Source: Eledone cirrhosa (lineage: Eukaryota). Taken from it: a DNA stretch of 64,000 nt. Below the pieces are notes generated by a model. The model was not told the origin of the DNA, did not search any database, and worked only from the letters and a program-made list of their open reading frames with translations. The first letter of the stretch is position 1. Each line of letters begins with the position of its first letter. Below are positions 11,906 to 23,309 of this stretch, piece after piece. The stretch lies in contig OZ024744.1 of assembly GCA_964016885.1 (NCBI GenBank), forward strand, positions 124,992,001 to 125,056,000, read 5' to 3'. The translations under genes and the position numbers were made by a program.

Positions 11906-14671
11906 TCAGGTGTAGTTTTGGCGTATTTCGGGAAGCATGAGTGTCTTAAAGGATGCAGTGTCTCGGCAGCTAACAATTGACGCAGGCAGTTTGTTCCATG
12001 TTTCAGCAACTCTGAGCGTGAAAAAATGTCTGCGAAAGTCATGGGAGCTGTGCTGTTTTCTTATCTTGTAGGCATGTCCACGTGTGTTAGACACATGGAG
12101 ATCAAAGAGGCGCTCAGGGTTGCAGTTGGCGAGATGGTTAAAAACTTTGTGGGTATTCACCAAGTCCACTGCCAGATGTCGGAGCTTCAATGAATCCATG
12201 CCCAGGGAAGCAAGGCGTTCAGAGTATGGTAGGTGTCTGATGGAGGGTATGCGCTTGGTTGCACGTCTCTGAACAGCTTCCAGGAGGTCAATGTTCCGAG
12301 CAAGATAGGGGTTCCAGACTGATGATGCGAATTCCAAGTGTGGTCGCACCATAGCTGTATACAGTTTTAAATAGATGGCTGGAGAGCGGCTAACAAAGGT
12401 CTTGCTGAGTGATGCCAAGACACCCTCGGCCTTCTTGACAATCTTAGAGACATGCTTTGTCCAACGCAAATCGTTGCCGACAGTAATGCCCAGGTCACGT
12501 TCACAAGAGGACTTTTTGATGTCAGTGTTGTGGAGGGAGTATGTGGACGCTGGATTTTTCCTTCCAAAATGCATGGTGGTACACTTGTCCACAGCCAGCT
12601 TCAGTTGCCAGTCTGTGATCCATTGCTGCATTGTGTCCAGGTCTGATTTTAGGAAAGAGTTGTAAATTTCAGGATCAGTCCTTTTGATTTCAAGGTACAG
12701 CTTGATGTCATCTGCATATTTTAGTACCGTGGCATTCTGTAAGTTGGCATCTATGTCATTAATATATGCCACAAACAAAAGAGGACCAAGAACAGATCCC
12801 TGTGGTACACCAGATGACATCTCATATGGTGAAGAATGCTGTCCTAGAACCGTGACTACTTTCCTTCGGCTGAGAATGAAGGATTTCAGCCAGTCGAAAA
12901 GATCATCCCTCACACCCATTGCAGAGAGTTTTGCCATAAGTCTTTTGTGTGGCACAGAATTAAAAGCCTTAGCAAAGTCAAGGTAAACAACATCCACCCA
13001 TGAGCCGCTGTCAGTGATCCGGGTGATGTCCTCAAGGAACTCGATAAGCTGATCACAGCAGCTGGAGTTAGGGATAAATCCAAACTGTGAGGGCCGGATG
13101 AGGCTGTGAGAGCTCCAGAAGTTCCAAAGTGTTTCTCTGACACAGGATTCCATCAGTTTGGCCATACAGCTAGTAAGACTGACTGGACGATAGTTGACAG
13201 GTGACATGCGGTTGCCCTTTTTGAACAGGGGAATGACACTGGCAGTTTTCCACTGCTCCGGAGTAGCACCATTGCTGAGACAGTATTGAAAGAAAAAAGA
13301 AAGCTGGCGCAAAAGGAAATCCCCGCCACGTTTGAGAAGCAGGTATGTCACACCATCAAGACCAGGGGAGGCATAGTTGCGCTTATTCTTAAGGTGACGT
13401 CGCAACATTGCAGGTGTAAATTCCATAGTTGTTATGGAATTTGATGTTAGAGATGGTGGAGATGGTACATTCTGGTTTTCAACAGTAAAAATACTTGCAT
13501 AGCACTCAGCAATGAGTTCTGCGCATTCCTTGGGATCGTCAGTGATCTGGCTTGTGTGGGGATTGCGAAGAGGACCAACTGGAGAGTGAGGTCTCTGCTT
13601 TGAATGAACATATTTCCAGAACACCTTACTGTCAGGATTGGTTGCGATGCACTGTTCAAATTCAAGCACTGCCTTCTTTGTCACTTGCTTGAGATGGTTA
13701 GAAGATTTATTCCGCTTTTTTCTGTTGGCATCTGATCTATGCAGTTTATATTCCCGTTCAGCGTTCCGACGTTCTTTCCTGGCAAGTCGGACTGCTGAAG
13801 TTTCCCAGATTGCACTTTTGGGGTGGTTATTTTTCCGCTTCCGTGGCACTGATGCTGCACACGCTATCCATATTGAGTCCAGGATGCTCTGGAGTATAGA
13901 GTTCACATCTCCAGAGTTATACATCTCATGCCAGTTTGGGCGCTGTAGCTCAGTGCAGTACAAGTTCCAATCCGCCCTCTTCCAATCAAAGCAAGCAGAT
14001 TGGAGATGGCTCTGGTTTTTGTTGCTGCCCTCAAGTGCCAGATTGGCAATGATCATAGCATGATCAGAGTCGCCTAGAGGTTCCTCAGTAGTACAACTGA
14101 TAACCACTTCAGGAGTAGTGGTGAAGATCAGGTCCAAAGTGTTGTCACCTCTTGTTGGAGAGGTGACTACTTGTGACCAGTTTGAGTCCAGCACTAGTTC
14201 AAGGAAATCGTTTGCACCCTGTGGCCAACGAAAGGTTTCCCAATCGATCTCAGGATGATTGAAGTCACCTGCAATAAACACATAAGTGGCTGTTTTCTTG
14301 GCAGCAACTCTGAGGATATCGCAAAGCTGTGTGTCCTGATGGTAGTTTGGGGGGCGATAAACAACACCAAGCAGAAGTGTTGACATGGTCATACGTATGT
14401 CACAGAAAAAAACTTCTTCCTGTGATTCGTTCAAATCAACGCAAGGAATTACCGAAAAGTTTGAACGAACGTAGACCATCACACCACCACCACGGCGGTT
14501 AATGCGGTCCTTGCGGAAAAGGTTGTACCCAGTAATGGTGAAAACCCCATCACAGAGTAAGGAATGTGCCCATGTTTCCGTGACTGTGATGAAGTCAGGG
14601 TCGATGCTTCTGACGTAGGATTCGAACAGATGTATCTTGTTGCATAAACTGCGAGCATTTAAGGACAACAA
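11906..14671 (-). CDS. CR1 ORF2: apurinic-like endonuclease plus reverse transcriptase (frame stays open upstream to 14779)
   Basis: 921 aa without stops. APE motifs SLNARS, VTETW, GGGV, YRPP, GDFNHP, PTRGDNTLDL, SDH. RT motifs NYRPVSLTS, QFGF, YLDFAKAF, GVPQGSVLGPLLF, YADD, ERDLG. CR1-type C-terminus VRPHLEFASSVWNP and FFTLRVAETWNKLP. Confidence 0.93.
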   Translation of the reverse strand: MLSLNARSLCNKIHLFESYVRSIDPDFITVTETWAHSLLCDGVFTITGYNLFRKDRINRRGGGVMVYVRSNFSVIPCVDLNESQEEVFFCDIRMTMSTLLLGVVYRPPNYHQDTQLCDILRVAAKKTATYVFIAGDFNHPEIDWETFRWPQGANDFLELVLDSNWSQVVTSPTRGDNTLDLIFTTTPEVVISCTTEEPLGDSDHAMIIANLALEGSNKNQSHLQSACFDWKRADWNLYCTELQRPNWHEMYNSGDVNSILQSILDSIWIACAASVPRKRKNNHPKSAIWETSAVRLARKERRNAEREYKLHRSDANRKKRNKSSNHLKQVTKKAVLEFEQCIATNPDSKVFWKYVHSKQRPHSPVGPLRNPHTSQITDDPKECAELIAECYASIFTVENQNVPSPPSLTSNSITTMEFTPAMLRRHLKNKRNYASPGLDGVTYLLLKRGGDFLLRQLSFFFQYCLSNGATPEQWKTASVIPLFKKGNRMSPVNYRPVSLTSCMAKLMESCVRETLWNFWSSHSLIRPSQFGFIPNSSCCDQLIEFLEDITRITDSGSWVDVVYLDFAKAFNSVPHKRLMAKLSAMGVRDDLFDWLKSFILSRRKVVTVLGQHSSPYEMSSGVPQGSVLGPLLFVAYINDIDANLQNATVLKYADDIKLYLEIKRTDPEIYNSFLKSDLDTMQQWITDWQLKLAVDKCTTMHFGRKNPASTYSLHNTDIKKSSCERDLGITVGNDLRWTKHVSKIVKKAEGVLASLSKTFVSRSPAIYLKLYTAMVRPHLEFASSVWNPYLARNIDLLEAVQRRATKRIPSIRHLPYSERLASLGMDSLKLRHLAVDLVNTHKVFNHLANCNPERLFDLHVSNTRGHAYKIRKQHSSHDFRRHFFTLRVAETWNKLPASIVSCRDTASFKTLMLPEIRQNYT

Positions 14672-14727
14672 TTTGTACCCTGCTCGCAGTCTATGATGGT
14701 GTGTAGAGGGTGGCAGGTTGTTCTGGT

Positions 14728-14882
14728 TTAGTTTCCCAGAGTTGTAGCAGTTTTTACATTGCCAGTTATTGTGGGTAGATCACACTCAGACCAGCTGGTA
14801 TCTCTCTTCCACGTTTCACCCGCCTTGACAAACCTCCAGATCTGCCCATCATCACGCAGACTGAAACTTTCATCTTGTGCTG
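14728..14882 (-). pseudogene. C-terminal remnant of CR1 ORF1
   Basis: Open frame AQDESFSLRDDGQIWRFVKAGETWKRD...TTLGN* ends at 14728 and overlaps the ORF2 frame; the upstream part is lost by truncation. Confidence 0.6.
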
Positions 14883-14945
14883 TATATATATATATATACA
14901 CACGTGTGTGTGTATTTATGTATATATATATATATACACACACAC

Positions 14946-14987
<42 letters not shown>

Positions 14988-15104
14988 GTGTGTGTGTGTA
15001 TATATATTTATATATATATACACACACGTGTGTGTGTATATATATATATATATATACACGTGTGTGTGTATTTATATATATATATATATACACACACACG
15101 TGTG

Positions 15105-15135
<31 letters not shown>

Positions 15136-15229
15136 GTGTGTGTATATATATATATCTGTCTCTCTCCCTGTCTCTCACTCTCCCTCTATCCCCCCTCTCT
15201 CTCTCTGTCTCTCTCTCCCCCCCCCCTCT

Positions 15230-15524
15230 CTCTCTCTAGTAGTAGAGAGAGACAAAGAGAGAGAGATATAAACGTATAACCCTAACCAAACCCTAACCCA
15301 ACCCTAACCCCAACCCTAACCCTAACCTAACCCTAACCCATCTCTCTCTCTCTCTCACCCCCTCTCTCTCTCTCTAGTAGTAGAGAGAGAGACAAAGAGA
15401 GAGAGAGATATAAACGTATAACCCTAACCCAACCCTAACCTCTCTCTCTCTTCTCTCTCTCTCTCTCCCCTCTCTCTCTCTATTCCCCCCTCTCTATTTC
15501 CCCCCCCCCTCTCTCTCTAGTAGT

Positions 15525-15555
<31 letters not shown>

Positions 15556-15640
15556 TATAAACGTATAACCCTAACCCAACCCTAACCCTAACCCAACCCC
15601 AACCCTAACCCATCTCTCTCTCTCTCTCTCTCTCTCTCTT
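15230..15640. repeat. Compound minisatellite of CT tracts, CTAGTAGTAGAGAG..ATATAAACGTATAA and degenerate (CCCTAA)n; expanded paralog at ~56200-56830
   Basis: Three units here and more in the duplicate. Confidence 0.85.
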
Positions 15641-15779
15641 TGTTTTTAACATTGTTTTGTTTTTCTTTTCTTTTCTTATTCAGATGACAAACGGCAGAGG
15701 ATACAACAGAAGAAAAGAACAAAGATAATTATTATTATTATTACTATTATTATTTGTTTTATTATAATCAAAATATGCT

Positions 15780-16400
15780 GTTAGTTAGATCTGCATTGCG
15801 TACATTTTATATAATTTATGCCAGTTCCTTTTCTGCATATCGAACATGGCCATTTCCCTGACGGAATAGAGTTTTGTCCTCTTTCGTGACACAAAGTACA
15901 GCCAGCGGCATCATTGCGGACAGACTTAATCCCGAATTGCACTGACACACTGCCTCGCAATACGGAACACCGCACGTCTTTGATCTTCTTCCCGTCGATC
16001 AGCCTCCTTGCCATGCTAAGTACACCTGACGTCTAGCTTCTCTCTTAGCGGCGGCTTTATATTCTTCTCTACTCCCACTAATTTTCCAAGCATTCCATGC
16101 TAGCCTTTAGTCTCCAATGGCCCGATCTACCGTGCTGTCCCACCACCATGTCACTCTCTGTCTGGTTGGAACTCTGATCCAGCCACAAGTTTAATCAGTA
16201 GCCTGCAATAAGTTGTCACATAAGAAAATCGAGTTCTCATGTATGTCATACGACTGTGAATCGTCTTCTTTTTCGTCATACACATATTGAAGGGCTTTCC
16301 TAAATTTCTATTTTAGTGAAATCTCTTTTAGCTTCCAGACCTTTCTTTTTTCCACATCTTCCTGTATGTCTCAATCATACCTGGAGCTGTCCAACATGAC
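15780..16400 (-). mobile_element. Rearranged RTE fragments; 15780-16130 is duplicated at 17690-18060; paralog at 56975-57595
   Basis: IPSGKWPCSICRKGTGINYIKCTQCRS, plus a reverse-complement match to the 6.7-6.9-kb RTE piece. Confidence 0.7.
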
Positions 16401-17210
16401 CATTGAAATCCCCTGCTAGCATAACGATGTCTCCGTCCTGTCATTGTGGCTGTTTGTAAAAATTGCTTGTAAATGAAGTCTTTCTTTTCTTTACCTAGCA
16501 GAAGCAATTAACACTAACCCAACTGTAACACTAACCCTAACACTAACTTATGCAGGCCTAGGTAAAGACAAGAAAGATAAAACAAGGAGTGATGCTTCTT
16601 GAATTTTGTGATGCAAGTGTTTTAACCATTTGCAAAACCAACTTCCACAAACCTGCCTCACTGCCGCCTAATAACCTACAAATCAGGCAAGCACAGAAGC
16701 CGGATTTCTCGGTAGTTAGGCAGCGAGACAGACAGATGGGGTGTGAAGTACCAGGGTGTGCCCCGGGGAGGAATGTTTCCCACAGCGTGGGTTGGTTGTT
16801 GGTGATGTCTCGGTTATCTTGAGACGGAGTGAGACGTGCAGGAATACTCTCACGGAATCGCCAAATGAGGTTTATTTTTCAACATAGTCCCTGGAATGAA
16901 ACAATGTGGTTATTAAGAAGAATTGAAATTAATGTAAGATTTCACAGATCTATGATCAATCCTTCACAGTCAGCTTACAAAGTTTTCAGCCAAACCTTGT
17001 GTATTTCCAACATTTCAAACCCTATCTAGGACTACATTATCTAATGTACAGTACAGTAGTTAGTATTAGTGGCTATCAGACATAGTGTATCTAAATGCAA
17101 CATTTTTAACATTGTTTTTTTTTTCTTTTCTTTTCTTTTCTTATTCAGATGACAGACGGCAGAGGATACAATAGAAGAAAAGAACAATGATAATTATTAT
17201 TATTATTATT

Positions 17211-17613
17211 GTTGTTATTCCTTGAATCTCAGTCATTGATGTTGGTTAACTGGAAAGTCCGTTGGAATGAATATCAAGCCACTACCTGCAGCCTCAGATA
17301 TTCAGGACGTATCGGAGGGTTCTTGCTGTTCCAAGCAAGCATGCCTTTTGAAGCGTTCCAAAAAGCGTGAAGGGGCCGATTTTCTTTAACCATCCCTGGA
17401 AACTTTTGGAGATGGACAAAAAACTGGAACACAATAGACCTGACCTGGTGGTTGTGGACAAAGAAAAAAGATCGTGTCTGATTGTGGATGTGGCCTGCCC
17501 GTTCAACACGAGAGTGCAAGAGAAGGAGAGGGAGAAAATTAACCGATACCAGGACCTAAAATGGGAGGTGAAAAGGATTTGGAACTGCCATGAAGTCAAA
17601 GTGATCCCGATTG
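17211..17613 (-). mobile_element. Dong/R4-clade non-LTR retrotransposon 3' fragment with an inverted 5' part, inserted in (TAA)n; copy at 58406-58808
   Basis: The + strand encodes the RLE segment DKKLEHNRPDLVVVDK..LIVDVACP..KINRYQDL..VIPI. The - strand encodes the C-terminus SISKSF..LQKACLLGTARTLRYVLNI*, then a 3' UTR and TAA tail. Confidence 0.8.
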
Positions 17614-17657
<44 letters not shown>

Positions 17658-18059
17658 TATTATTTGTTTTATTATAATCAAAATATGCTGTTAGTTAGAT
17701 CTGCATTGTGTACATTTTATATAATTTATGCCAGTTCCTTTTCTACATATCGAACATGGCCATTTCCCTGACGGAATAGAGTTTTGTCCTCTTTTCTACT
17801 CATCAACACTCATTCGTGACACAAAGTACAGCCAGCGGCATCATTGCGGACAGACTTAATCCTGATTTGCACTGACACACTGCCTCGCAATACGGAACAC
17901 CGCACGTCTTTGATCTTCTTCCCGTCGATCAGCCTCCTTGCCATGCAAAGTACACCTGACGTCTAGCTTCTCTCTTAGCGGCGGCTGTATATTCTTCTCT
18001 ACTCCCACTAATTTTCCAAGCATTCCATGCTAGTCTTTAGTCTCCAATGGCCCGATCTA

Positions 18060-18200
18060 CAGTTTCTGTCTCAACTCGTCTATGCTTGGTCGTTCCTGCA
18101 CATTGACATTGCACATCCAACGGAGCATGCTTGCTTCATTTCTCTCCAGCCGTCGCATGTCCTCTGCAGTTGCTGCCCGTGTCTCACTACCATGCAGCAT
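18060..18200 (-). mobile_element. RTE ORF C-terminal fragment
   Basis: MLHGSET..RRLERNEASMLRWMCNV..ELRQKL. Confidence 0.75.
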
Positions 18201-18239
18201 CGCGCATCTAAACCTGGCCCTTACCCTAACCCCAACCTC

Positions 18240-19080
18240 TTTGGTTTTCGTTTTCTCGACGGCTAGCCGCATTTCGTGATCCGCCTTTCGATTGCGCTTC
18301 CGTCGCGGCAAAAGAATTGCCTTTCCAGACCGGACCGGACCCATGATAGAAGACGTTCGTTACCGTTGGAGCAACGCAAATTACTCCTCGGTTGACGCCA
18401 AAAACGAACGCCTTCCCGCCTCGCGCCGCCTTCTCCTCGCCGACCCTCGGCCTCGACGATTAGCCACTTTCCGTCACAGCAGTAGATACGCGTCCGTCGT
18501 AATAGCCGTCATTTTAACGCAGGAGAAACGCCTAATTGCCCTGCACCGCGTTTGACGGCGATCTACGACGGCGACGATGCGCGCACTCTTCCTTGCTGCG
18601 ACGAAGGTTTCGGCTTTTCGTCGTGGACCCGGTCAGGTCATGCCGCTGACCTCGCGTTACGGCGACGCGAGAAGACGTTCGTTACCGCTGGAGCAACGCA
18701 AATTACTCCTCGGTTGACGCCAAAAACGAACGCCTCGCGCCGCCGCTTCCTCCTCGGCCTCGACGATTAGCCGCTTTCCGTCACAGCAGTAGATACGCGT
18801 CCATCGTAATAGCCGTCATTTTAACGCAGGAGAAACGCCTTGACGACGATATACGACGGGTCGACGACGCGCGCACTCTTTCTGCTGCGACGAAGGTTTT
18901 GGCTTTTCGTTGTGGACCCGGTCGGGTCATGCCTCTGACCTCGCGTTGCGTCGCCACCGCCGCGGCGGGCTTGGGTTTAGCCGTAGCTACCCTCGTTTTG
19001 CCAACGGCGACGCGAGAAGACGTTCGTTACCGCTGGAGCAACGCAAATTACTCCTCGGATGAGGCCAAAAACGAACGCTG
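18240..19080 (+). repeat. Orphan GC-rich rDNA spacer/5'ETS-like repeats (~2.3 copies of ~330 bp); paralog at 59440-60287
   Basis: Shares GAAGACGTTCGTTACCGCTGGAGCAACGCAAATTACTCCTCGG and CGTAATAGCCGTCATTTTAA.GCAGGAGAAACGCC with 25314-26560, which lies upstream of the 18S start. Confidence 0.7.
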
Positions 19081-19157
19081 AAGAGATATTGTCCATGGAT
19101 ATCGGGAATTTTACCCGCCCTAGATAGATAGATAGATAGGGATGTATGTATGTATGT

Positions 19158-19199
<42 letters not shown>

Positions 19200-19578
19200 G
19201 TATGTATCTTTCTCATTCTCTCTGTATGTATGTATGTATGTATATATATATAATTATATATTTATAGACATCCTGAAAGCTTTTTAAATGTCTGAGAGAT
19301 TGGCTAAATATGTTTTGCAGGTATGACCAGTAAGAGAGAGGTAAGTTATTTCAAAACAATTCTTTGACCATTATTTTAAGGTACTATCTCAGTGTATTTT
19401 TAAATTGACCTCTTGATAGGATGAAATGACCTGTATAATTTTTTTCATATTTAGATGGAATAGAAGAAAAACAAGAAAAATGAAATGAATTCAAACAGAA
19501 AATATACACCAATGCCAATGGAGGTATGATTTCAGTTTAATCTTAACCTAATGACCACTTTACAGAGTGTACTGGATA

Positions 19579-19661
<83 letters not shown>

Positions 19662-20109
19662 AGGAAGCTCCAACCGTTAAGGTTGTCTTTCCATTTATTA
19701 ATATATTGTGTATTTACTCCACTAAACTGTTGAGTGCTTTATATCAGTTATAAAAAAATTTCAGCTTGTTGAATCCCAAAATAGTTGTTGAAACAGCCAC
19801 AGCTCAGCCGTCGGGGTCCTGAATATTTATCATATATATATACGTATGAGTGTGTGTGTTTTGAGAATTAATAATTATATAAACAAGTTTGTAATGAACA
19901 ATTTATTTCTTATCAAAACTGTATAAACATGATATTATTTACAGTAAGAATAACAATAATAATGATGGTTTCTAGTAAAGGTGGAAGGCCAGTAATTTGG
20001 GGGAGGGGAAAGTTGATTAAATCGAAGAGAGAAAGAAAGAAAAAACAGAACGGGAAGGAGAGGGGATGGCAAGAGGTCCGGTGTCGCAGGAGAGAGGGGA
20101 GGGTGGTTG

Positions 20110-20605
20110 AGCTTTGAGTCTAGGGCAAGAGGGCAGAAATGCTGCGCCCCACGGATAAGACGGCAAAAATATTCTCGCGGACGATGGCCAGAGATACCCA
20201 ATGCAACAACCACCCAACCTCGCGGTGTTCCCTCCTCAGATGGGCTGCTGACTCTCCGATCTTTTGGAGGAGCTCGGCAGTACAAGGTCCAAGTACTCCT
20301 GGGGTCTCGACGTTGACTGGTGCAGAGAGGAAGTGGCCGGACAATCCTCGGTATTTGTTTATTTTACGTTCTTCTGCGAGGTGGGCTGCGATGCCGGGGT
20401 TTGTGACCGAAACGACTTGGAAACGAAGTTGTAGGCGGAGATTGTGTCGTAGCTGGTGGTGTCCCAGATGAGGGACCTACGTCCTTCGAATGGGAAGAGA
20501 GTGATTCCGTCGGGGCGCTTGCCATCTCCGGGACCTGTTGGCCCCAGTTGTGATGGGAAGCCAGCTGCGTCCAGGCTTCTTCTCAATATGTCGTTGACAA
20601 CGACG
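20110..20605 (-). mobile_element. CRE-like non-LTR retrotransposon C-terminal restriction-like endonuclease fragment; copy at 61307-61802
   Basis: DGKRPDGITLFPF..SLIWDTT..DT and PVNVETPGVLG..SLAIVREN..VL; frameshifted. Confidence 0.7.
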
Positions 20606-21151
20606 TGTATCTATTCAATAATTATTTGAATATTGAAATTTTAGGTTTAACTACCTTTTAAACCAAATACATTAAGAAAGGCATGACCAACACCACATCA
20701 TTTTTATTTCTATTTTGAAAGTAGGTTTATAAGTATTAAATTTCAGTAGATTCTTATATCCTTCATGGTGGTCTGGTGGGAGATACGAGAGATGGTGGAG
20801 GTTCTGGTCTGGGGTTCAATCCTGCTCAGGAGATACTCTAAGGGGGTTCATACTAAACTTCTTCAGTGTTTCTTATCTCTAGAGACAAATATATATACAT
20901 AAGGTAATCTGGTAAAGTTGTTAGAACATCACATAGAATTCTTTGTAGTATTTTTTCCAGTTCTTCAATCTGAGTTCAACTTTACTTTTCTTCCATTCGG
21001 GGTTGATAATAACGTACCAGTCAAATACTAGGGGTTAATTCTTCCTCTATATCTCTTTCTCACTCTCTGTCTGTTTTATTAAGACCTGGAGAGGTGATGT
21101 ACTCTACCAGGTTTTATAATGAGTGATGGGGTCATACCTGCCTGCTACACC

Positions 21152-21580
21152 TCTGTGTACTAAGTGTAGCATATTATATCCTTGTTCAGGGCCTTCCTGA
21201 CATTACTGTGTACTAAGGGTAGCATTTTATATCCTTGTTCAGGGCCATCTTAACATTGCTGTGTACTAAGTGTAGCATATTATATCCTTGTTCGGGGCCT
21301 TCCTGACATTAGTGTGTACTGAGTGTAGATTTTAACATCCTTGTTCTGGGCCTTCCTAACATTACTGTGTACTGAGTGTAGATTTTAACATCTTTGTTCA
21401 GAGCCTTCCTAACATTGCTGTGTACTAGGTGTAGCATATTATATCCTTGTTCAGGGCCCTCCTGACATTACTGTGTACTGAGTGTAGATTTTAACATCTT
21501 TGTTCAGAGCCTTCCTTACATTACTGTGTACTAAGTGTAGCATTTCATATACTTGTTCTGGGCCTTCCTAACGTTACTGT
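21152..21580. repeat. 53-bp minisatellite, ~8 copies (~6 in the paralog at 62349-62670)
   Basis: TGTGTACTAAGTGTAGCATATTATATCCTTGTTCAGGGCCTTCCTGACATTAC repeated. Confidence 0.9.
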
Positions 21581-21589
21581 GGAAATAGT

Positions 21590-22350
21590 AGTTTATATCC
21601 AATATGTAATATAGATATGGATTCTACAGGACTAAAACTCATTAATATGAGGGGTATTAGTAGATTATATGCCATATTTAATAGAGAAATGGCTTCTACA
21701 AGACTAAAACTCATTAATATGAGGGGTATTACAGTTTATATGCCATATTTAATACAGAAATGGCTTCTAAAGGACTAGAACTCTTTAAATTGAATAAAAT
21801 AGTAGTATATATCCTATGTTTAATACAGAAATGCCTTCTAAAGGACTCATTAATATGAGGGTATTAGTAGATTATATAACATATTTAATACAGAAATGGC
21901 TTTTAAATTCAGGGACTCGTTAATTTGATGGAAATAGTAGTGTCTATGCAATATTTAATACAGAAATAGCTTCTACAGGACTAAAACTAATTAATATGAG
22001 GGGTATTAGTAGTATATGTGCCATATTTAATACAGAGATGGCTTCTAAATGGAGGTATCTCATTAATTCGATTGAAATGGTAGTGTATATGCAATATTTA
22101 ATACAGAAATAGCTTCTACAAGAATAAAACTCATTAATATGAAGGTTATTATTACATTATATGCCATATTTAATACAGAAATCGGTTCTAAAGGACTAGA
22201 ACTCTTTAATTCAAATCAAATAGTAGTATAAAGCAATATTTACTACAGAAATGGCTTCTACAAGACTAAAAATCCTTAATATGAGGGGTATTGTTAGATT
22301 ATATACCATATTTAATACAGAAATGGCTTCTAAATGAAGAAATCTCTTTA
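21590..22350. repeat. ~71-bp AT-rich minisatellite, ~11 copies; paralog at ~62680-63440
   Basis: ATATTTAATACAGAAATGGCTTCTA recurs every ~70-72 bp. Confidence 0.88.
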
Positions 22351-23014
22351 ATTCGATAGTAATAGTAATAATAATAATAGTAATAGTAATAATACAGCCA
22401 ATTTTCCACGCAATACTTTTAGTTAGCACCCCGAACGCATAATTGGGAATATAATCACTTATTTCCTAATGTTTGTTGAGTGAGTTGGGAAAAAAAACTT
22501 GGGAAATATATTTTCAGGGTCTCAAAATCTTAAAGAGAAAAAAAAGTCCTGTGGAAGGTAGCAAAACAATTAGGAAGAAAATGGTTTGAAGTTGGTTGGT
22601 GAGTATAAGATTACAGTATCTTGTTGATTTCTATAAAGTTTACTTTTAACTGAATTGGTAAAAATGGATAAATTAGAAGACACAATATAATAACTAATAT
22701 TGTCTTCTAAAACAGGGAATAAAAATATGTTGGTGTATTGGGGGGGGGGGGGGGGTAAACATGTGAGTTAATGGGAATGTTTTTGTTTGTTTTTATTGAA
22801 ACATATTCAATCTACAGATAGGTTGTTATAGTTATTTAGTCTCGGGTCTGCCATTATCTGCAGATTTATAATTGAGGGGTGTTCCAGGTGTGACCACCCT
22901 ACATTATTCCTAGAGATTGTTACTCCTTCATTCTTCAGTCATCTTGGTCTTCTTATGAGATGGTGGTGTAGTCTTATTTATTGTTAAGGTTATGGTCTTC
23001 CTTTGTCCACACTC

Positions 23015-23056
<42 letters not shown>

Positions 23057-23309
23057 AAAGGCTTCCTTCTCTGGAAAAAGATGATTTAATATTCACAACC
23101 ATCTGTCTAATTGTTTTCTGATGAGAATAAAGTTAATCTTGCTTGTATGTCTACCTGATCAAATGACTGGCTGATATCTTGAAGTCATTTACACCACAGA
23201 ACTGTAGGAGTCTTGATCCCTCAAGCCATACCTCTAGCCATCATGTACTCCAAAAGAGTCTCACCTTGGTGCTACTCAACATGTCCATTAAATTTAGCAG
23301 CAAGGATGC

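Larger units (their letters stand above)
11757..14882 (-). mobile_element. CR1-clade LINE, 5'-truncated within ORF1, with intact ORF2, short 3' UTR and (ATT)n tail
   Basis: ORF2 motifs; tail at 11757-11775; both ends lie in the same microsatellite; element absent from the paralogous site at ~55.6-56.1 kb. Confidence 0.93.

Noticed and set aside
12084-14063. Plus-strand and alternate-frame ORFs overlapping CR1 ORF2
   Set aside because: They are shadow ORFs with no motifs.
19321-19523. Two exon-like segments with good AG/GT signals (19321-19340 and 19455-19523; copy near 60.5-60.7 kb)
   Set aside because: The second segment has stops in all three frames and there is no other gene evidence. 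A non-coding transcript cannot be excluded without RNA data.
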